In this document: positions 46,056 to 55,871 of the stretch, piece after piece
How positions within the stretch are numbered: the stretch's first letter is position 1
How the letters are laid out: every line of letters begins with the position of its first letter
NCBI GenBank assembly: GCA_965601925.1
Contig: OZ271854.1
Location: forward strand, 2,368,001-2,432,000
Origin: Alkalispirochaeta sp.
Lineage (GTDB): Bacteria > Spirochaetota > Spirochaetia > DSM-27196 > Alkalispirochaetaceae
Direction of reading: 5' to 3'
Length of the DNA stretch: 64,000 nucleotides
Translations under genes and position numbers: made by a program
Notes under the pieces: generated by a model
The model's input: only the letters and a program-made list of their open reading frames with translations
Databases searched by the model: none
What the model was told of the DNA's origin: nothing

Positions 46056-48245
46056 TCATGACCGAGGAGTCTCCTCGGTGGTGCGAAAACTCATGACGCC
46101 CGCGGCCATGGAGTCGAGTTTTTCGCCGAGTTGAGCGACGTCGCCCTGTAACGACACCGAGCCGTCCTTAATCTCCGAGACGCCGTGACCGATCGTCCCG
46201 AGTGCCGCCGAGAGCGAACGACTCGCGTGGTCGACTTCGCCCATCACCTCGTTCATGACCTTCGCCTGACCGTCGATCTCGTCCATGCCGGTCTTGATCG
46301 ACGTGCTTCCGTCACGCATGACTTGAATCGCCTTAACGACCTCGTCGGCTCCCACCGACAGTTCGGCCGTCGTCGCCTCGATCTCGGCAAACCCGTGGAC
46401 GAACTCCGCGACGCGCTCTTGGACCGCGCCGAACGCCGTTTGCACCTCGCCGCTCGCGGTATCGAGCGCCGTGATATCCTCGTTGAAACCGCGCACCGAG
46501 TTATCGATCGTCTTGGACCTGATCGCGGACCCCTCGGCGAGCTTGCGTATCTCGTCGGCGACAACGGCAAAGCCGCGCCCCGCCTCCCCGGCGTGGGCCG
46601 CCTCGATCGCGGCGTTCATCGCCAGAAGATTGGTTTGCGACGCGATGCCCTTGATGAGGTTGCTCGCCTCCTGAATCTCTTCCAGCCGCCTGAGAAACTG
46701 GCCGATAGTGCGACTGATCCCGTCGACGACCTCGCGGCCGTGAGCGGTGGCCTCGGTGACCGCCGAGGACTCGTCGCGCCGTTGTGCGCTGGTGCGGGCG
46801 ATGCTCCGTATACTCGCCGCCATCTCTTCGATAGAACTCGACGACTCTTCGACGGCCGAAACCTCGTCGTCTATTTGCGTTCTAAAACCATCGAGGGAAC
46901 GGCGAATCTTTGCGATGGCATCGCTTGCGCGAGTCACTACGGCGGTCAGGCTGTCGCCCATCTCCTCTACCGAAGAGATTGTCGTGGTGATGGCATTGGT
47001 CGCCGCCGTAGTCTCTTCACTCGCGGCCACGACCGTCGTCTTCAGCTCTTCCGCCTCGCCGGCGGTCGTCTTAACGGTTCGCACAACCTCCTCCACCGCG
47101 GCGATGAACAAGTTGAAGTGGCGTGACAAGTCGGCGGTCTCGTCGTTGCCTCTGGCCTCGAGTCGGAAGGTAAGGTCGCCGGATCCTGCGGCGAGCTCGG
47201 CGGCACGCTCGGCGATACCGCGAATGGGCCGCGCGATCGCGGAGCCGGTGAGCGATGCCGCCACTACACCGACCAGCACCGACAAAAAAAGCGCGACGAG
47301 CACAAAGATGCTGATCTCGCCTACAACGCCGAAAAACTCGTCGATGAAAGGCGCGACGACGATAATCCAGTCGGTTCCCGGAACGGTTTCGAAGTATCCG
47401 GCCTTCTCGCGTCCGGCATCGGGGCCGACGGTCTGGGTGTATGAGATATATCCCGACCGCTCCTGGAGCATTCGACCGACATGGGGGCGATCGGCGATAT
47501 TCGTCCCGACATCCGTAGGGTGGATAAGGAGGGTGCCGTCACCATCCAGTACGTATGCATATCCGGTAAGGCCGATCGTCACATCCAGGAGATAGCGTTG
47601 TAGGAGGGCCAAATCGACGATCTGGACACCGGAAAATGAGATAATGCGATCGGTCGTTCTCGTGTATCTCGTGAGGTACTCGTCACCGACGATCGTCGCC
47701 ACGCCGGCAAACTCAGGTTCGTCCTCTTCCACCAGTGTTCTGAATCGCGCGTCGTCGGTCGGAATGTAGCTCCACTGGGCCGATGTTCCGTCGGCTCTGC
47801 GTATGCTCGTATCGTAGCGCACGAGCCCGATCTCGTGCTCCAAAAAAAACGTTACCGCATCGTCGGCGGTGTCACTTGAGACGCGATCGGCGAGGCCGCT
47901 TTCCGACAGGAGTGCTCCATCGACGCCGACCCATGGGACGACAATGTCGCTCGCCTCGCCTGTCGTCTGATGGTAGACCGTCACGGAAAACGAACGCGTA
48001 TCGTCTACCTCGAGCGTGCGAGCGACGATTTGGACCGCATTTGTCGCTATTTCGAGTTCTCGCTGCCGGGCGGTAAAGGAAAGCTCTACGAGACGACGGG
48101 CCATCTGCGTCGTGTCTTGAATGCCCTCGTTGACGATCTCCCTCGTCGTCGTTCTGATTCGCTGGATGGATACGAAGCCCAAAGCGCCCAAGAGCACGGT
48201 CACCAGCGCTACGTTCACCACGGTCAGTTTCGTACGTATTTTCAT
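46056..48245 (-). CDS. methyl-accepting chemotaxis protein (Cache-HAMP-MCP)
   Basis: Two TM helices, GYAYVLD.DG.LL.HP Cache motif, GDLT HAMP, TNLLAMNAAIEAAHAGEAGRGFAVVADEIRKLAE. Confidence 0.95.
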   Translation of the reverse strand: MKIRTKLTVVNVALVTVLLGALGFVSIQRIRTTTREIVNEGIQDTTQMARRLVELSFTARQRELEIATNAVQIVARTLEVDDTRSFSVTVYHQTTGEASDIVVPWVGVDGALLSESGLADRVSSDTADDAVTFFLEHEIGLVRYDTSIRRADGTSAQWSYIPTDDARFRTLVEEDEPEFAGVATIVGDEYLTRYTRTTDRIISFSGVQIVDLALLQRYLLDVTIGLTGYAYVLDGDGTLLIHPTDVGTNIADRPHVGRMLQERSGYISYTQTVGPDAGREKAGYFETVPGTDWIIVVAPFIDEFFGVVGEISIFVLVALFLSVLVGVVAASLTGSAIARPIRGIAERAAELAAGSGDLTFRLEARGNDETADLSRHFNLFIAAVEEVVRTVKTTAGEAEELKTTVVAASEETTAATNAITTTISSVEEMGDSLTAVVTRASDAIAKIRRSLDGFRTQIDDEVSAVEESSSSIEEMAASIRSIARTSAQRRDESSAVTEATAHGREVVDGISRTIGQFLRRLEEIQEASNLIKGIASQTNLLAMNAAIEAAHAGEAGRGFAVVADEIRKLAEGSAIRSKTIDNSVRGFNEDITALDTASGEVQTAFGAVQERVAEFVHGFAEIEATTAELSVGADEVVKAIQVMRDGSTSIKTGMDEIDGQAKVMNEVMGEVDHASRSLSAALGTIGHGVSEIKDGSVSLQGDVAQLGEKLDSMAAGVMSFRTTEETPRS

Positions 48246-48423
48246 AGACGGTTCCTACTTTTAGTTCTATAGAACAGTATACAACCGAAATTGACCGTGT
48301 TCATGGAGAAATGTTGAACCGATAAATATTTCCATATTTAATGGGAGTTGTAACGGTTCGGTTACCGTCATACGAACACGCCGTACTCCCGCATGACATA
48401 AAAATCTATTATCATTACCCCGT

Positions 48424-49896
48424 ATGATTCCGAATGCGGCACTGCTCACCGATCTCTACGAGTTGACGATGATGCAAGGGTATCACCACTATGACATGCA
48501 CCATCGTGCCGTATTCGATATGTTTTTCCGGCGGCAACCGTTCGGCGGAGGGTTCTCGGTCTTTGCCGGGCTAGAGGATGTGCTCGCAACGCTGGAAACC
48601 CTTCGATTTGAACCCGACGATCTGGCGTATCTCGAAAGTCTCGGACTCTTTGAACGCGCCTTTTTGGATTACCTATCGACGTTTCGATTCAGCGGCGATG
48701 TGTGGGCCGCGAAAGAAGGAACGCTCGTATTTCCGCAAGAGCCGCTCATTCGCGTCCACACGACGATTATCGAGGCTCAACTCATCGAGAGCTTCCTCCT
48801 CAATACCATCAACTTCCAAACCCTCGTCGCAACCAAAACGGCTCGAATCTACTTGGCAAGCGAGGAGGGAGCGCTCGCGGAGTTCGGGCTGCGGCGTGCA
48901 CAAGGCTCCGACGGCGCAATGAGCGCCTCACGAGCGGCGTACATCGGCGGCGCCTCCTCTACGAGCAACACCTTGGCCGGAAAACGGTACGGCATACCGG
49001 TGACCGGCACGATGGCCCACAGTTGGGTCATGGCCTTCGACTCCGAGCGCGAGTCCTTTGAGCGCTACGCCGATCTCTATCCGGATAATGCGATTCTCCT
49101 CATCGACACCTACGACACATTGGGCAGTGGAATCGAAAACGCGATCTCCGTCGGACGCGAGCTTAAGGCGCGAGGAAAGCGCGTCGGCGTACGTCTCGAC
49201 AGCGGCGATATTCAGTATTTGAGTAAACAGGTGCGACGGCGCCTCGACGGTGCGGGACTCACCGATGCCCGTATCGCCGTTTCGAACGAGCTCGACGAGC
49301 GCATCATTCATCAGCTCGTATCCGCGGATAGCCCGGTAGACTTATGGGGTGTCGGCACGCAACTGGTAACCGGAGGAGGTGACCCGGCACTCACCGGGGT
49401 ATACAAGCTGGCGGCGAAGGAGACCGAAAACGGCGCATTCGTCCCGACGATGAAGGTGAGCGATAATCCCGAGAAGAGCACCAACCCGGGAATCAAGCAA
49501 GTCTGGCGTTTTTATGGGGCCGAAGACTATCCTTTGGCCGATCTTATCACACTCGACGATCGACCGCCCGTCGATGTCGAGGCCGGCGGGGAGGGCAAAC
49601 GGTCGCCCGTGCGTTTCTATCATCCTTCGGGAGACTATCGGAAGTTCACCCTCGAGCGGTGGGAGCGGTGCGAACCCCTTCTGGAAAAGCACATGGAAGG
49701 CGGACGTGTCATCGGTGAGCGGCCGTCGCTGTCTCATATACGAGAGCGAACGTTGGTCAATTTGCGCCGTCTGGACGAAACCTATACGCGTATCATCAAT
49801 CCTCACGTTTACAAAGTCTCGGTAAGTAAACCGCTGCGACGGCTAAAGCAGGATTTTCTCGCGCGCTATCTCGCCGACGAGGACAACGGAGAGTAG
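48424..49896 (+). CDS. pncB: nicotinate phosphoribosyltransferase
   Basis: LLTDLYELTM, EFGLRRAQG, GTMAHSW, LIDTYD, VRLDSGD and GVYKL motifs. Confidence 0.95.
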   Translation: MIPNAALLTDLYELTMMQGYHHYDMHHRAVFDMFFRRQPFGGGFSVFAGLEDVLATLETLRFEPDDLAYLESLGLFERAFLDYLSTFRFSGDVWAAKEGTLVFPQEPLIRVHTTIIEAQLIESFLLNTINFQTLVATKTARIYLASEEGALAEFGLRRAQGSDGAMSASRAAYIGGASSTSNTLAGKRYGIPVTGTMAHSWVMAFDSERESFERYADLYPDNAILLIDTYDTLGSGIENAISVGRELKARGKRVGVRLDSGDIQYLSKQVRRRLDGAGLTDARIAVSNELDERIIHQLVSADSPVDLWGVGTQLVTGGGDPALTGVYKLAAKETENGAFVPTMKVSDNPEKSTNPGIKQVWRFYGAEDYPLADLITLDDRPPVDVEAGGEGKRSPVRFYHPSGDYRKFTLERWERCEPLLEKHMEGGRVIGERPSLSHIRERTLVNLRRLDETYTRIINPHVYKVSVSKPLRRLKQDFLARYLADEDNGE

Positions 49897-49900
49897 ATCG

Positions 49901-50236
49901 GTGGGCCGCCTCACGGAGCGTTGGTTCGGCATTATTCTCAAAGTGGTACGCGAGTACTATCCCGACGCGCGTCTGGTAGCGTGGGGCCCTCTGATCGACG
50001 AGGGGACGAGCGCCGAGGAACCCGCGAGGTACGCGCATCGACGAGCGAATAGCGACGCGCGCCTGGAAATCGTAATACTCGACCCGTCGGACCCGGAGCA
50101 GTCACATCTCGTAGAGATACGGAGGGCCCTGGCGGTCTCGGAGTTGCCGATGGAAAGCGACGTCCGACTCATGAGCGACCTTACGACGAGCGAGCGGGAA
50201 GAGGTGTTGCAACGGGGCATTCAGTTCGGTGGGTAA
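49901..50236 (+). CDS. degenerate minimal nucleotidyltransferase (MNT)-like protein
   Basis: MNT-like layout (ILK....P.A.L.AWG; S.LP...DV; RE.V.Q.G) but the GS and DxD motifs are missing. Confidence 0.5.
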   Translation: MGRLTERWFGIILKVVREYYPDARLVAWGPLIDEGTSAEEPARYAHRRANSDARLEIVILDPSDPEQSHLVEIRRALAVSELPMESDVRLMSDLTTSEREEVLQRGIQFGG

Positions 50237-50263
50237 TGCCGGATGGTTCATCGATCCGGACAC

Positions 50264-50309
50264 AAAAAAACCCCCTCGCCATGCCGCAATGAACGGTGTA
50301 ACGCGGGGG
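50264..50309 (-). terminator. putative terminator downstream of the ferredoxin gene
   Basis: CCCCCGCG...CGAGGGGG stem followed by T7 on the minus strand. Confidence 0.55.
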
Positions 50310-50328
50310 AGATAACGAGAAGGGAAGC

Positions 50329-50517
50329 TTACTCGATGATGATCGCGTCCGCCGGGCACTCCTCGGCCGACTCTCGAGCAAGGTCCTCCATATCGGCGGG
50401 GACCACGTCGACCTTCGCTTCGGCGAGGCCGTCGTCGTTCATGACGAACAGATCCGGCGCCATATTGGTGCACACAGCACAGCTGATACAAAGATCAGGA
50501 TCAACAGTTGCTTTCAT
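50329..50517 (-). CDS. monocluster [4Fe-4S] ferredoxin
   Basis: 62 aa, acidic, CISCAVC...CP.DAI; AAGGAG RBS; TTGACA-17-CACAAT promoter at 50559-50587. Confidence 0.92.
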   Translation of the reverse strand: MKATVDPDLCISCAVCTNMAPDLFVMNDDGLAEAKVDVVPADMEDLARESAEECPADAIIIE

Positions 50518-50652
50518 GTGAGACTCCTTATTCAGGCTTTTGTGATATCTACACCGATATTGTGATGAATTTACGTTAAATTGTCAAACGTTTTTCTTTT
50601 AACGCGCCCTATCCCGCTTGCATGCGGTCCCCCTCTATTGTAGGGTGCAGTT

Positions 50653-52530
50653 ATGACCACACACCCCTTCGATCGTCTCGTCCTGCCGGATGAACTGAAA
50701 GACATGCTCTGTTGTGTCGAGATGGTGTTTCCCGAGAGCCGAGATCACCTCCTCGAACTCGCCTACCTCGAGTCCGACGGTGACGTGCTCGAAGTCGAAT
50801 ACGACGTCCCGGGAAAGGGGCGCGTGTTGGAGGCGACGGTAACGCGATGCCGAAACGGGGCGGCGGTAAACTACGCCGAACCGTATATGCGCCGCCGAGA
50901 TCCGGAGGCGATGATCATAGCCGACGATCTTCCGACCGACAAACGGCGCTGGTCCGATCGCTTCGACGGGACTTTTGAGCCGGTGCGACAGGAGACGTTC
51001 GAGTGGATCAAGAATCTCGGACGGGTCATCATATTGCCCTTTCTGTCGGGCGACAAGAAGCGCGGATACCCGACGCTTTTGATCGCGCCGGAGAATGCCG
51101 GTTTTTTCGTAGCCGGATTGGCCGATCTACAAGGTTTTTTCCCCGCCGCGGAGATTCCGTCCGGGTTCGCTCCGCGTGCGGTCATTTATCTCGCGCCTCC
51201 CTTCCGCCATACGCATTTCGACGGGAAGCAAGTAGTCGTTCACAATCGCCGCCCGGGTATGCACGAGCTGTTTTCGTATAATCTGTATCCCGGTCCGAGC
51301 GCAAAAAAGGGTGTTTACGGGATCCTTCTTTCCATCGGAGAGGAGGAGGATTGGGTTACCCTCCACAGCTCGGCGGTTCGCTTGGTGACGCCGTACGACA
51401 ACGAGTTTGTGATCATGCACGAGGGCGCCAGCGGCGGCGGTAAGAGCGAGATGACCCAGCAGTTCCACCGCGAGTCCGACGGTCGTATTCTGCTTGCACG
51501 GAATACCATTACCGACGACGCGGTCTACTTCGATCTGCGCGACCCGTGCGAGCTCCACCCGGTCACCGACGATATGGCGTTGGCCCATCCGTCGATTCAG
51601 ACGAGTACCACCGGTCGGTTGATGATCGAGGACGCCGAGGCGGGGTGGTTTCTTCGAGTAGACCATCTCGACGAGTACGGGAAAGAGCCGGGAATCGAGC
51701 GGTTGTGGATCAACCCTCCCGAGCCGCTTATCTTTCTCAACATCGAGGCTAAACCGGGAGCAACCGCGCTACCGTGGGATCATATCGAGGATAGCCCCGG
51801 TAAACGCTGCCCGAACCCGCGTGTGATAATGCCGCGTCACTTCATCGATAAGGTCGTGGACGATCCGATCGCGATCGATGTGCGGAGCTTCGGTGTCCGC
51901 ACACCTCCGACGACGAAGGAGCGCCCCAATTACGGCATTGTCGGTATGCTCCACGTATTGCCCCCCGCGCTTGCGTGGCTCTGGCGTCTGGTCGCGCCGC
52001 GAGGCCACGCCAACCCGAGTATCGTAACCGCCGAAGGACTGACCAGCGAAGGCGTCGGGTCGTATTGGCCCTTTGCCACCGGAAAACGTGTGACCCAGGC
52101 CAATCTCCTGCTGCGACTCACCCAGCAGATGTCGGGGACGCGTTACGTGCTCATTCCGAATCAGTACATCGGCGCCTACAAGGTCGGTTTCAACCCCGAG
52201 TGGATCGCCCGTGAGTACATGGCGCGACGCGGAAGCGTCAAGTTCCGCTCCGAGCAGCTTGTATCCTCGCGGTGCCCGCTTCTCGGTCACGGCTTGGAGC
52301 GTCTGAAAGTCGCGGGGCAGTTCATTCCTAAAGGACTCCTGAGAGTTCACGAACAGGTAGAGGTGGGCAAGGAGGGATACGACGCCGGCGCGAAGATTCT
52401 CACCGACTTCTTCAAGAAGGAGCTGCAGCAGTTTCGCGTGGCGACTCTCGATCCGTTGGGTAAGGCGATCATCGATATCTGCTTAGAGGACGGAAGCCTC
52501 GACGACTACGTGAATATTCTACCGCGATAA
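50653..52530 (+). CDS. DUF4914 family protein (PEP carboxykinase-like P-loop protein)
   Basis: YMRRRDP, YPGPSAKKG, LHSS, HEGASGGGKSEM, VTDD and NPR motifs. Confidence 0.8.
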   Translation: MTTHPFDRLVLPDELKDMLCCVEMVFPESRDHLLELAYLESDGDVLEVEYDVPGKGRVLEATVTRCRNGAAVNYAEPYMRRRDPEAMIIADDLPTDKRRWSDRFDGTFEPVRQETFEWIKNLGRVIILPFLSGDKKRGYPTLLIAPENAGFFVAGLADLQGFFPAAEIPSGFAPRAVIYLAPPFRHTHFDGKQVVVHNRRPGMHELFSYNLYPGPSAKKGVYGILLSIGEEEDWVTLHSSAVRLVTPYDNEFVIMHEGASGGGKSEMTQQFHRESDGRILLARNTITDDAVYFDLRDPCELHPVTDDMALAHPSIQTSTTGRLMIEDAEAGWFLRVDHLDEYGKEPGIERLWINPPEPLIFLNIEAKPGATALPWDHIEDSPGKRCPNPRVIMPRHFIDKVVDDPIAIDVRSFGVRTPPTTKERPNYGIVGMLHVLPPALAWLWRLVAPRGHANPSIVTAEGLTSEGVGSYWPFATGKRVTQANLLLRLTQQMSGTRYVLIPNQYIGAYKVGFNPEWIAREYMARRGSVKFRSEQLVSSRCPLLGHGLERLKVAGQFIPKGLLRVHEQVEVGKEGYDAGAKILTDFFKKELQQFRVATLDPLGKAIIDICLEDGSLDDYVNILPR

Positions 52531-52532
52531 GG

Positions 52533-52566
52533 AAAAGCGGCGGGCGCATCCCCGCCGCTTTTTTTT
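52533..52566 (+). terminator. intrinsic terminator
   Basis: AAAAGCGGCGGG-CGCATC-CCCGCCGC followed by T8, directly after the stop. Confidence 0.88.
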
Positions 52567-52750
52567 CGACAACCGCGCTGCGAGTTTGCGTTAGGCATGA
52601 CGCACTACACCGATTGTGACCGGACGACGCGACGCGATCTCATCCGGTTGACCGAGTGCGCCGGAAGATAGGTTTTCCTACTGTGTATGGTACTACGAGT
52701 CTATTGCCGTCGCCGTTGTCCGCCGTACGTTAGGACGGTACCTTCTCACC

Positions 52751-53230
52751 ATGATTACCCAAGAAGACCGAAAGCATCTCAAGCGGTGTGTTGCTCTTGC
52801 CGAAGCGGCGCTGAATGCCGGGGATGAGCCTTTTGGCTCGGTGCTGGTTTCCCGCGACGGCGAGGTGCTATACGAGGATCACAACCACGTCGCCGGAGGA
52901 GATGGAACGCAACATCCGGAGTTTGCTATTGCCCGGTGGGCCGTGTCCAACATGACACCCGAAGAGCGAGCGGAAGCGACGGTCTACACCTCCGGAGAGC
53001 ACTGTCCCATGTGTGCGGCCGCCCACGGTTGGGTCGGCCTGGGACGAATCGTATACGCGAGTTCCTCGAAACAACTCGAAAGGTGGCTTGCGGAGTTCGG
53101 GGCGGAGCAACCACCGGTGAAGACGCTTTCCATTAATGAGATCGTCCCCGGCGTTCCCGTTGAGGGACCGGTCGAAGATTTTGCCGAAGCGGTGAAAGAA
53201 CTCCACCGACGCAAATCCAGCATCGCCTAA
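52751..53230 (+). CDS. cytidine/deoxycytidylate deaminase family Zn-dependent nucleoside deaminase
   Basis: PFGSVLV, HPE and EHCPMC motifs. Confidence 0.9.
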   Translation: MITQEDRKHLKRCVALAEAALNAGDEPFGSVLVSRDGEVLYEDHNHVAGGDGTQHPEFAIARWAVSNMTPEERAEATVYTSGEHCPMCAAAHGWVGLGRIVYASSSKQLERWLAEFGAEQPPVKTLSINEIVPGVPVEGPVEDFAEAVKELHRRKSSIA

Positions 53231-53447
53231 ATCAACCCCGCCTTCCGAGTGGTGAAGCATGTTCGAAGTTGTGGAAGGCCGAGAATCCGTGACATATTGT
53301 GAAGCATCTTCCCCATACCGTGCCGCCCGTTGAGATCCCGGGATCGCGTCGAAGAGCCGAAGGGATACAATTCGGGCACCATAACACCGAGCCGACCTGC
53401 ACGATGCGGCACGGAGTCGCGTAGCGGCAGAGGGATCGGCGCGCGGC

Positions 53448-54197
53448 TTATGTGGGCGACACCACCTGTACTTTTCCGTTCGTGAAAATCCCACCTTTCG
53501 TGGAGGCGGAGTATGCGGTTCCGGGGTAGTCGTACATTGCTCCCCCGGCATTCTTCAATATCAATGAGGCCGCTGCTTGCCCTTCGAATGAACAACCAAA
53601 ATCGAAAAATGCATCGATGCGTCCCCGTGCAACATTACAGATGCTCAACGCCGGACATATCTGCGGAAGTCCCTTTTTCATGGTCCCGATAATCCCTGAC
53701 CACCGGCTGATGTACCGTTCAATCTGTTGTGGCTGCACACTGAATCCGAACGCGAGTAGGCTCCGTCCCATTGATGATGTGTTCGACGTGCAAATTGCGT
53801 TCCCGTTCAGCGTCGATATTCCGGTCGTGAGGTCCGAAAAGAAATACTCATCGGAAATCGGATTGAAGACATGTCCCTCGACGATTTCGCCACGTGATTC
53901 CCGTGCAACGGATACCGAAAAGAACGGTATGCCAAAAATGAAATATGCCGTACCGTCGATGGGATCGATGATCCAGCGATCATCCGATGTTGAGAGCAAC
54001 TCATCATCCTCTTCCGAGTACACGCCGTCGTTAGGAAACGCATTACGAATTTTCGCCGTCAGAAGCGCATTGATTTCCGTATCGAGGTTCGACATCAGGT
54101 GGTACCGCTCCTTTTCGCGATGCGGTGCATCCGATGCATATGCTTCTTTGAGTCGCCGACCCGCGTCTCGGATCGCCTCTTCAATTACGGTGTTCAT
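53448..54197 (-). CDS. inositol monophosphatase family protein (divergent)
   Basis: FPND...SEE, WIIDPIDGT and VA.G.ID motifs; C-terminal WD motif replaced. Confidence 0.82.
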   Translation of the reverse strand: MNTVIEEAIRDAGRRLKEAYASDAPHREKERYHLMSNLDTEINALLTAKIRNAFPNDGVYSEEDDELLSTSDDRWIIDPIDGTAYFIFGIPFFSVSVARESRGEIVEGHVFNPISDEYFFSDLTTGISTLNGNAICTSNTSSMGRSLLAFGFSVQPQQIERYISRWSGIIGTMKKGLPQICPALSICNVARGRIDAFFDFGCSFEGQAAASLILKNAGGAMYDYPGTAYSASTKGGIFTNGKVQVVSPT

Positions 54198-54450
54198 TCA
54201 GTACCTTCCGACCGCACAAATAATACCCGATTGGAAACCGTGGCGGAAGAAACGGCGCCCTCTCTTCCGGAGTAACGGCGACCCCTCTCGTCGGGTAAGG
54301 CGGTCTTCGGTGTCTGTCTCGATAACGGACGTTTGGACGATTACGTCGATGCTCCGCCGCGGTAGCCGCCGGGCGCGGCGCTGCCCATGCACCGCCGGCC
54401 GAGCGGCCGCCGACTTCGTTCGCCTGCCGTTTCATCTCTTCACGCGTCGG

Positions 54451-55734
54451 TCACAGGGAGTGAAGAATGAGTGCCGTGGTAACAGACGCTGTGTGGAATA
54501 CGGTAAAATTGTCCGTTCCTCTTGGGCTCACGGCCTCTACGAGTGCGACCATGACAGCGGAAGCTATGGAAAGAAGCAGGCGGCCCGTGGTGAGATAGAT
54601 TATAGCCGAACAGACGACGACTATTGCTAACGTTCCTTCAACGCTCCTTGACGTTTTTTTGCCGACGAGGGCGAAGACCGAGTACTTGTGTCTGCCCACA
54701 AGGGTTCCTATAGGTTCGGCAATGGCGTCACCGACGGCTACGCATAACACACCGACAAGAACCATTTCGGAAGCGAACAAAATGTTGGCCACGAGGATTG
54801 CGATAACCATGCTGACCATTGGGAGAACCACGTAAAGACGATCATATGGACGGTCGGACGTGCGTCTTATTCCGTCGTACCAGTAGAAGCCTTCACCGGC
54901 CACGCACGCTATGGAAACGTACATCACACCCGATGCAAGGAAGAGGGTGGATATTGACTCGCTCGCAAAAGCTGAAAAGGCGGCGATGGACGTGAAGCCG
55001 ACGAAATGGAAAAGCTTTCGTGTCATTCCATCTCGAACTCCTCTTTGATTTAAGAATCCGGCAACCGTGAGAACCACAGCAGGACCTATCAAAGCGTACA
55101 TGATCCAAGCGATGTCTACCGGGGGAACGGAATCCGGATACCATCCTAAAAAGAACTTCATTTGCACGGCTGTAAGCAAAAGTCCCGCCACCGCCCCGAC
55201 AATGAGCTGCCCCATGGTATGTTTCCCGAGCTGGTGACGGGCCCATATTACGATCGGAAGCATAAGTCCATACGCCGCTCCCACCGGGCCAAACGCAAAA
55301 AACAACGCTGTAGTCGGTCCCATGACGCCCATCGCATGGATGCTCACTTTCCACCACGCGCTAATCACCATCACCACCAATGTGTTGACGCCATAGCAAA
55401 ACATGAGTGCCACGGAAACGAGAGGAGCCTCGGTTACGACCAGTGTATACGCTCCGATGAGGTATCCCACTCCTCCAAAAAGTAGCGGTACGAGTCTGTC
55501 CCTCTTCTCCGGGATGTCCCAACTCTTGTCGCTGGTCTTCCGCGACCAGAAATGGGTTATTGCGATAGGTAAGAGCGTACCGAATCCAATAGCAATCGCA
55601 TCGAACAGCAGGGCATCGACGAAGCCTCTACCAATGTGGTTGATCAGTATGAATGGGATTACGGCCAAGAATGGAGCATTACTGAGTACGGATGCGATTT
55701 CAGCCGACTTAGTTTTTCTTGTGTTGTGCGCCAT
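54451..55734 (-). CDS. polytopic membrane protein: PAP2-like N-domain fused to a CTP-dependent phytol/dolichol/DAG kinase-like domain
   Basis: KVSIH and WAR..L..HT..Q...G (PAP2-like); RKLFH, GDA.AE.IG...G, SVEG and GTDN (kinase/cytidylyltransferase family); ATG at 55734. Confidence 0.72.
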   Translation of the reverse strand: MAHNTRKTKSAEIASVLSNAPFLAVIPFILINHIGRGFVDALLFDAIAIGFGTLLPIAITHFWSRKTSDKSWDIPEKRDRLVPLLFGGVGYLIGAYTLVVTEAPLVSVALMFCYGVNTLVVMVISAWWKVSIHAMGVMGPTTALFFAFGPVGAAYGLMLPIVIWARHQLGKHTMGQLIVGAVAGLLLTAVQMKFFLGWYPDSVPPVDIAWIMYALIGPAVVLTVAGFLNQRGVRDGMTRKLFHFVGFTSIAAFSAFASESISTLFLASGVMYVSIACVAGEGFYWYDGIRRTSDRPYDRLYVVLPMVSMVIAILVANILFASEMVLVGVLCVAVGDAIAEPIGTLVGRHKYSVFALVGKKTSRSVEGTLAIVVVCSAIIYLTTGRLLLSIASAVMVALVEAVSPRGTDNFTVFHTASVTTALILHSL

Positions 55735-55871
55735 GGCCTTCCTCTCCCCTTGGGTCCCAGCGGACCTGTTCACCGTTGCGACAACCCGGAGGCACTGCCC
55801 GCCGCTCAAACATCATATACGGACTTCGGGTAGCAGATTGAATACCGTTGCTGTCCTCGCATCTACCTCAG

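Noticed and set aside
48305..48326. Sigma28-like CCGATAA near the MCP gene
   Set aside because: Wrong strand for the MCP and no properly spaced TAAA box
50540..50577. Rex or CRP sites upstream of the ferredoxin (TTGTGAT twice, 20 bp apart)
   Set aside because: Only half-sites match; no TTCACAA or TCACA partner at the right spacing
54181..54435. Small ORFs between the kinase fusion and the IMPase as a possible RiPP precursor
   Set aside because: No convincing RBS, low-complexity translation and no RiPP machinery nearby
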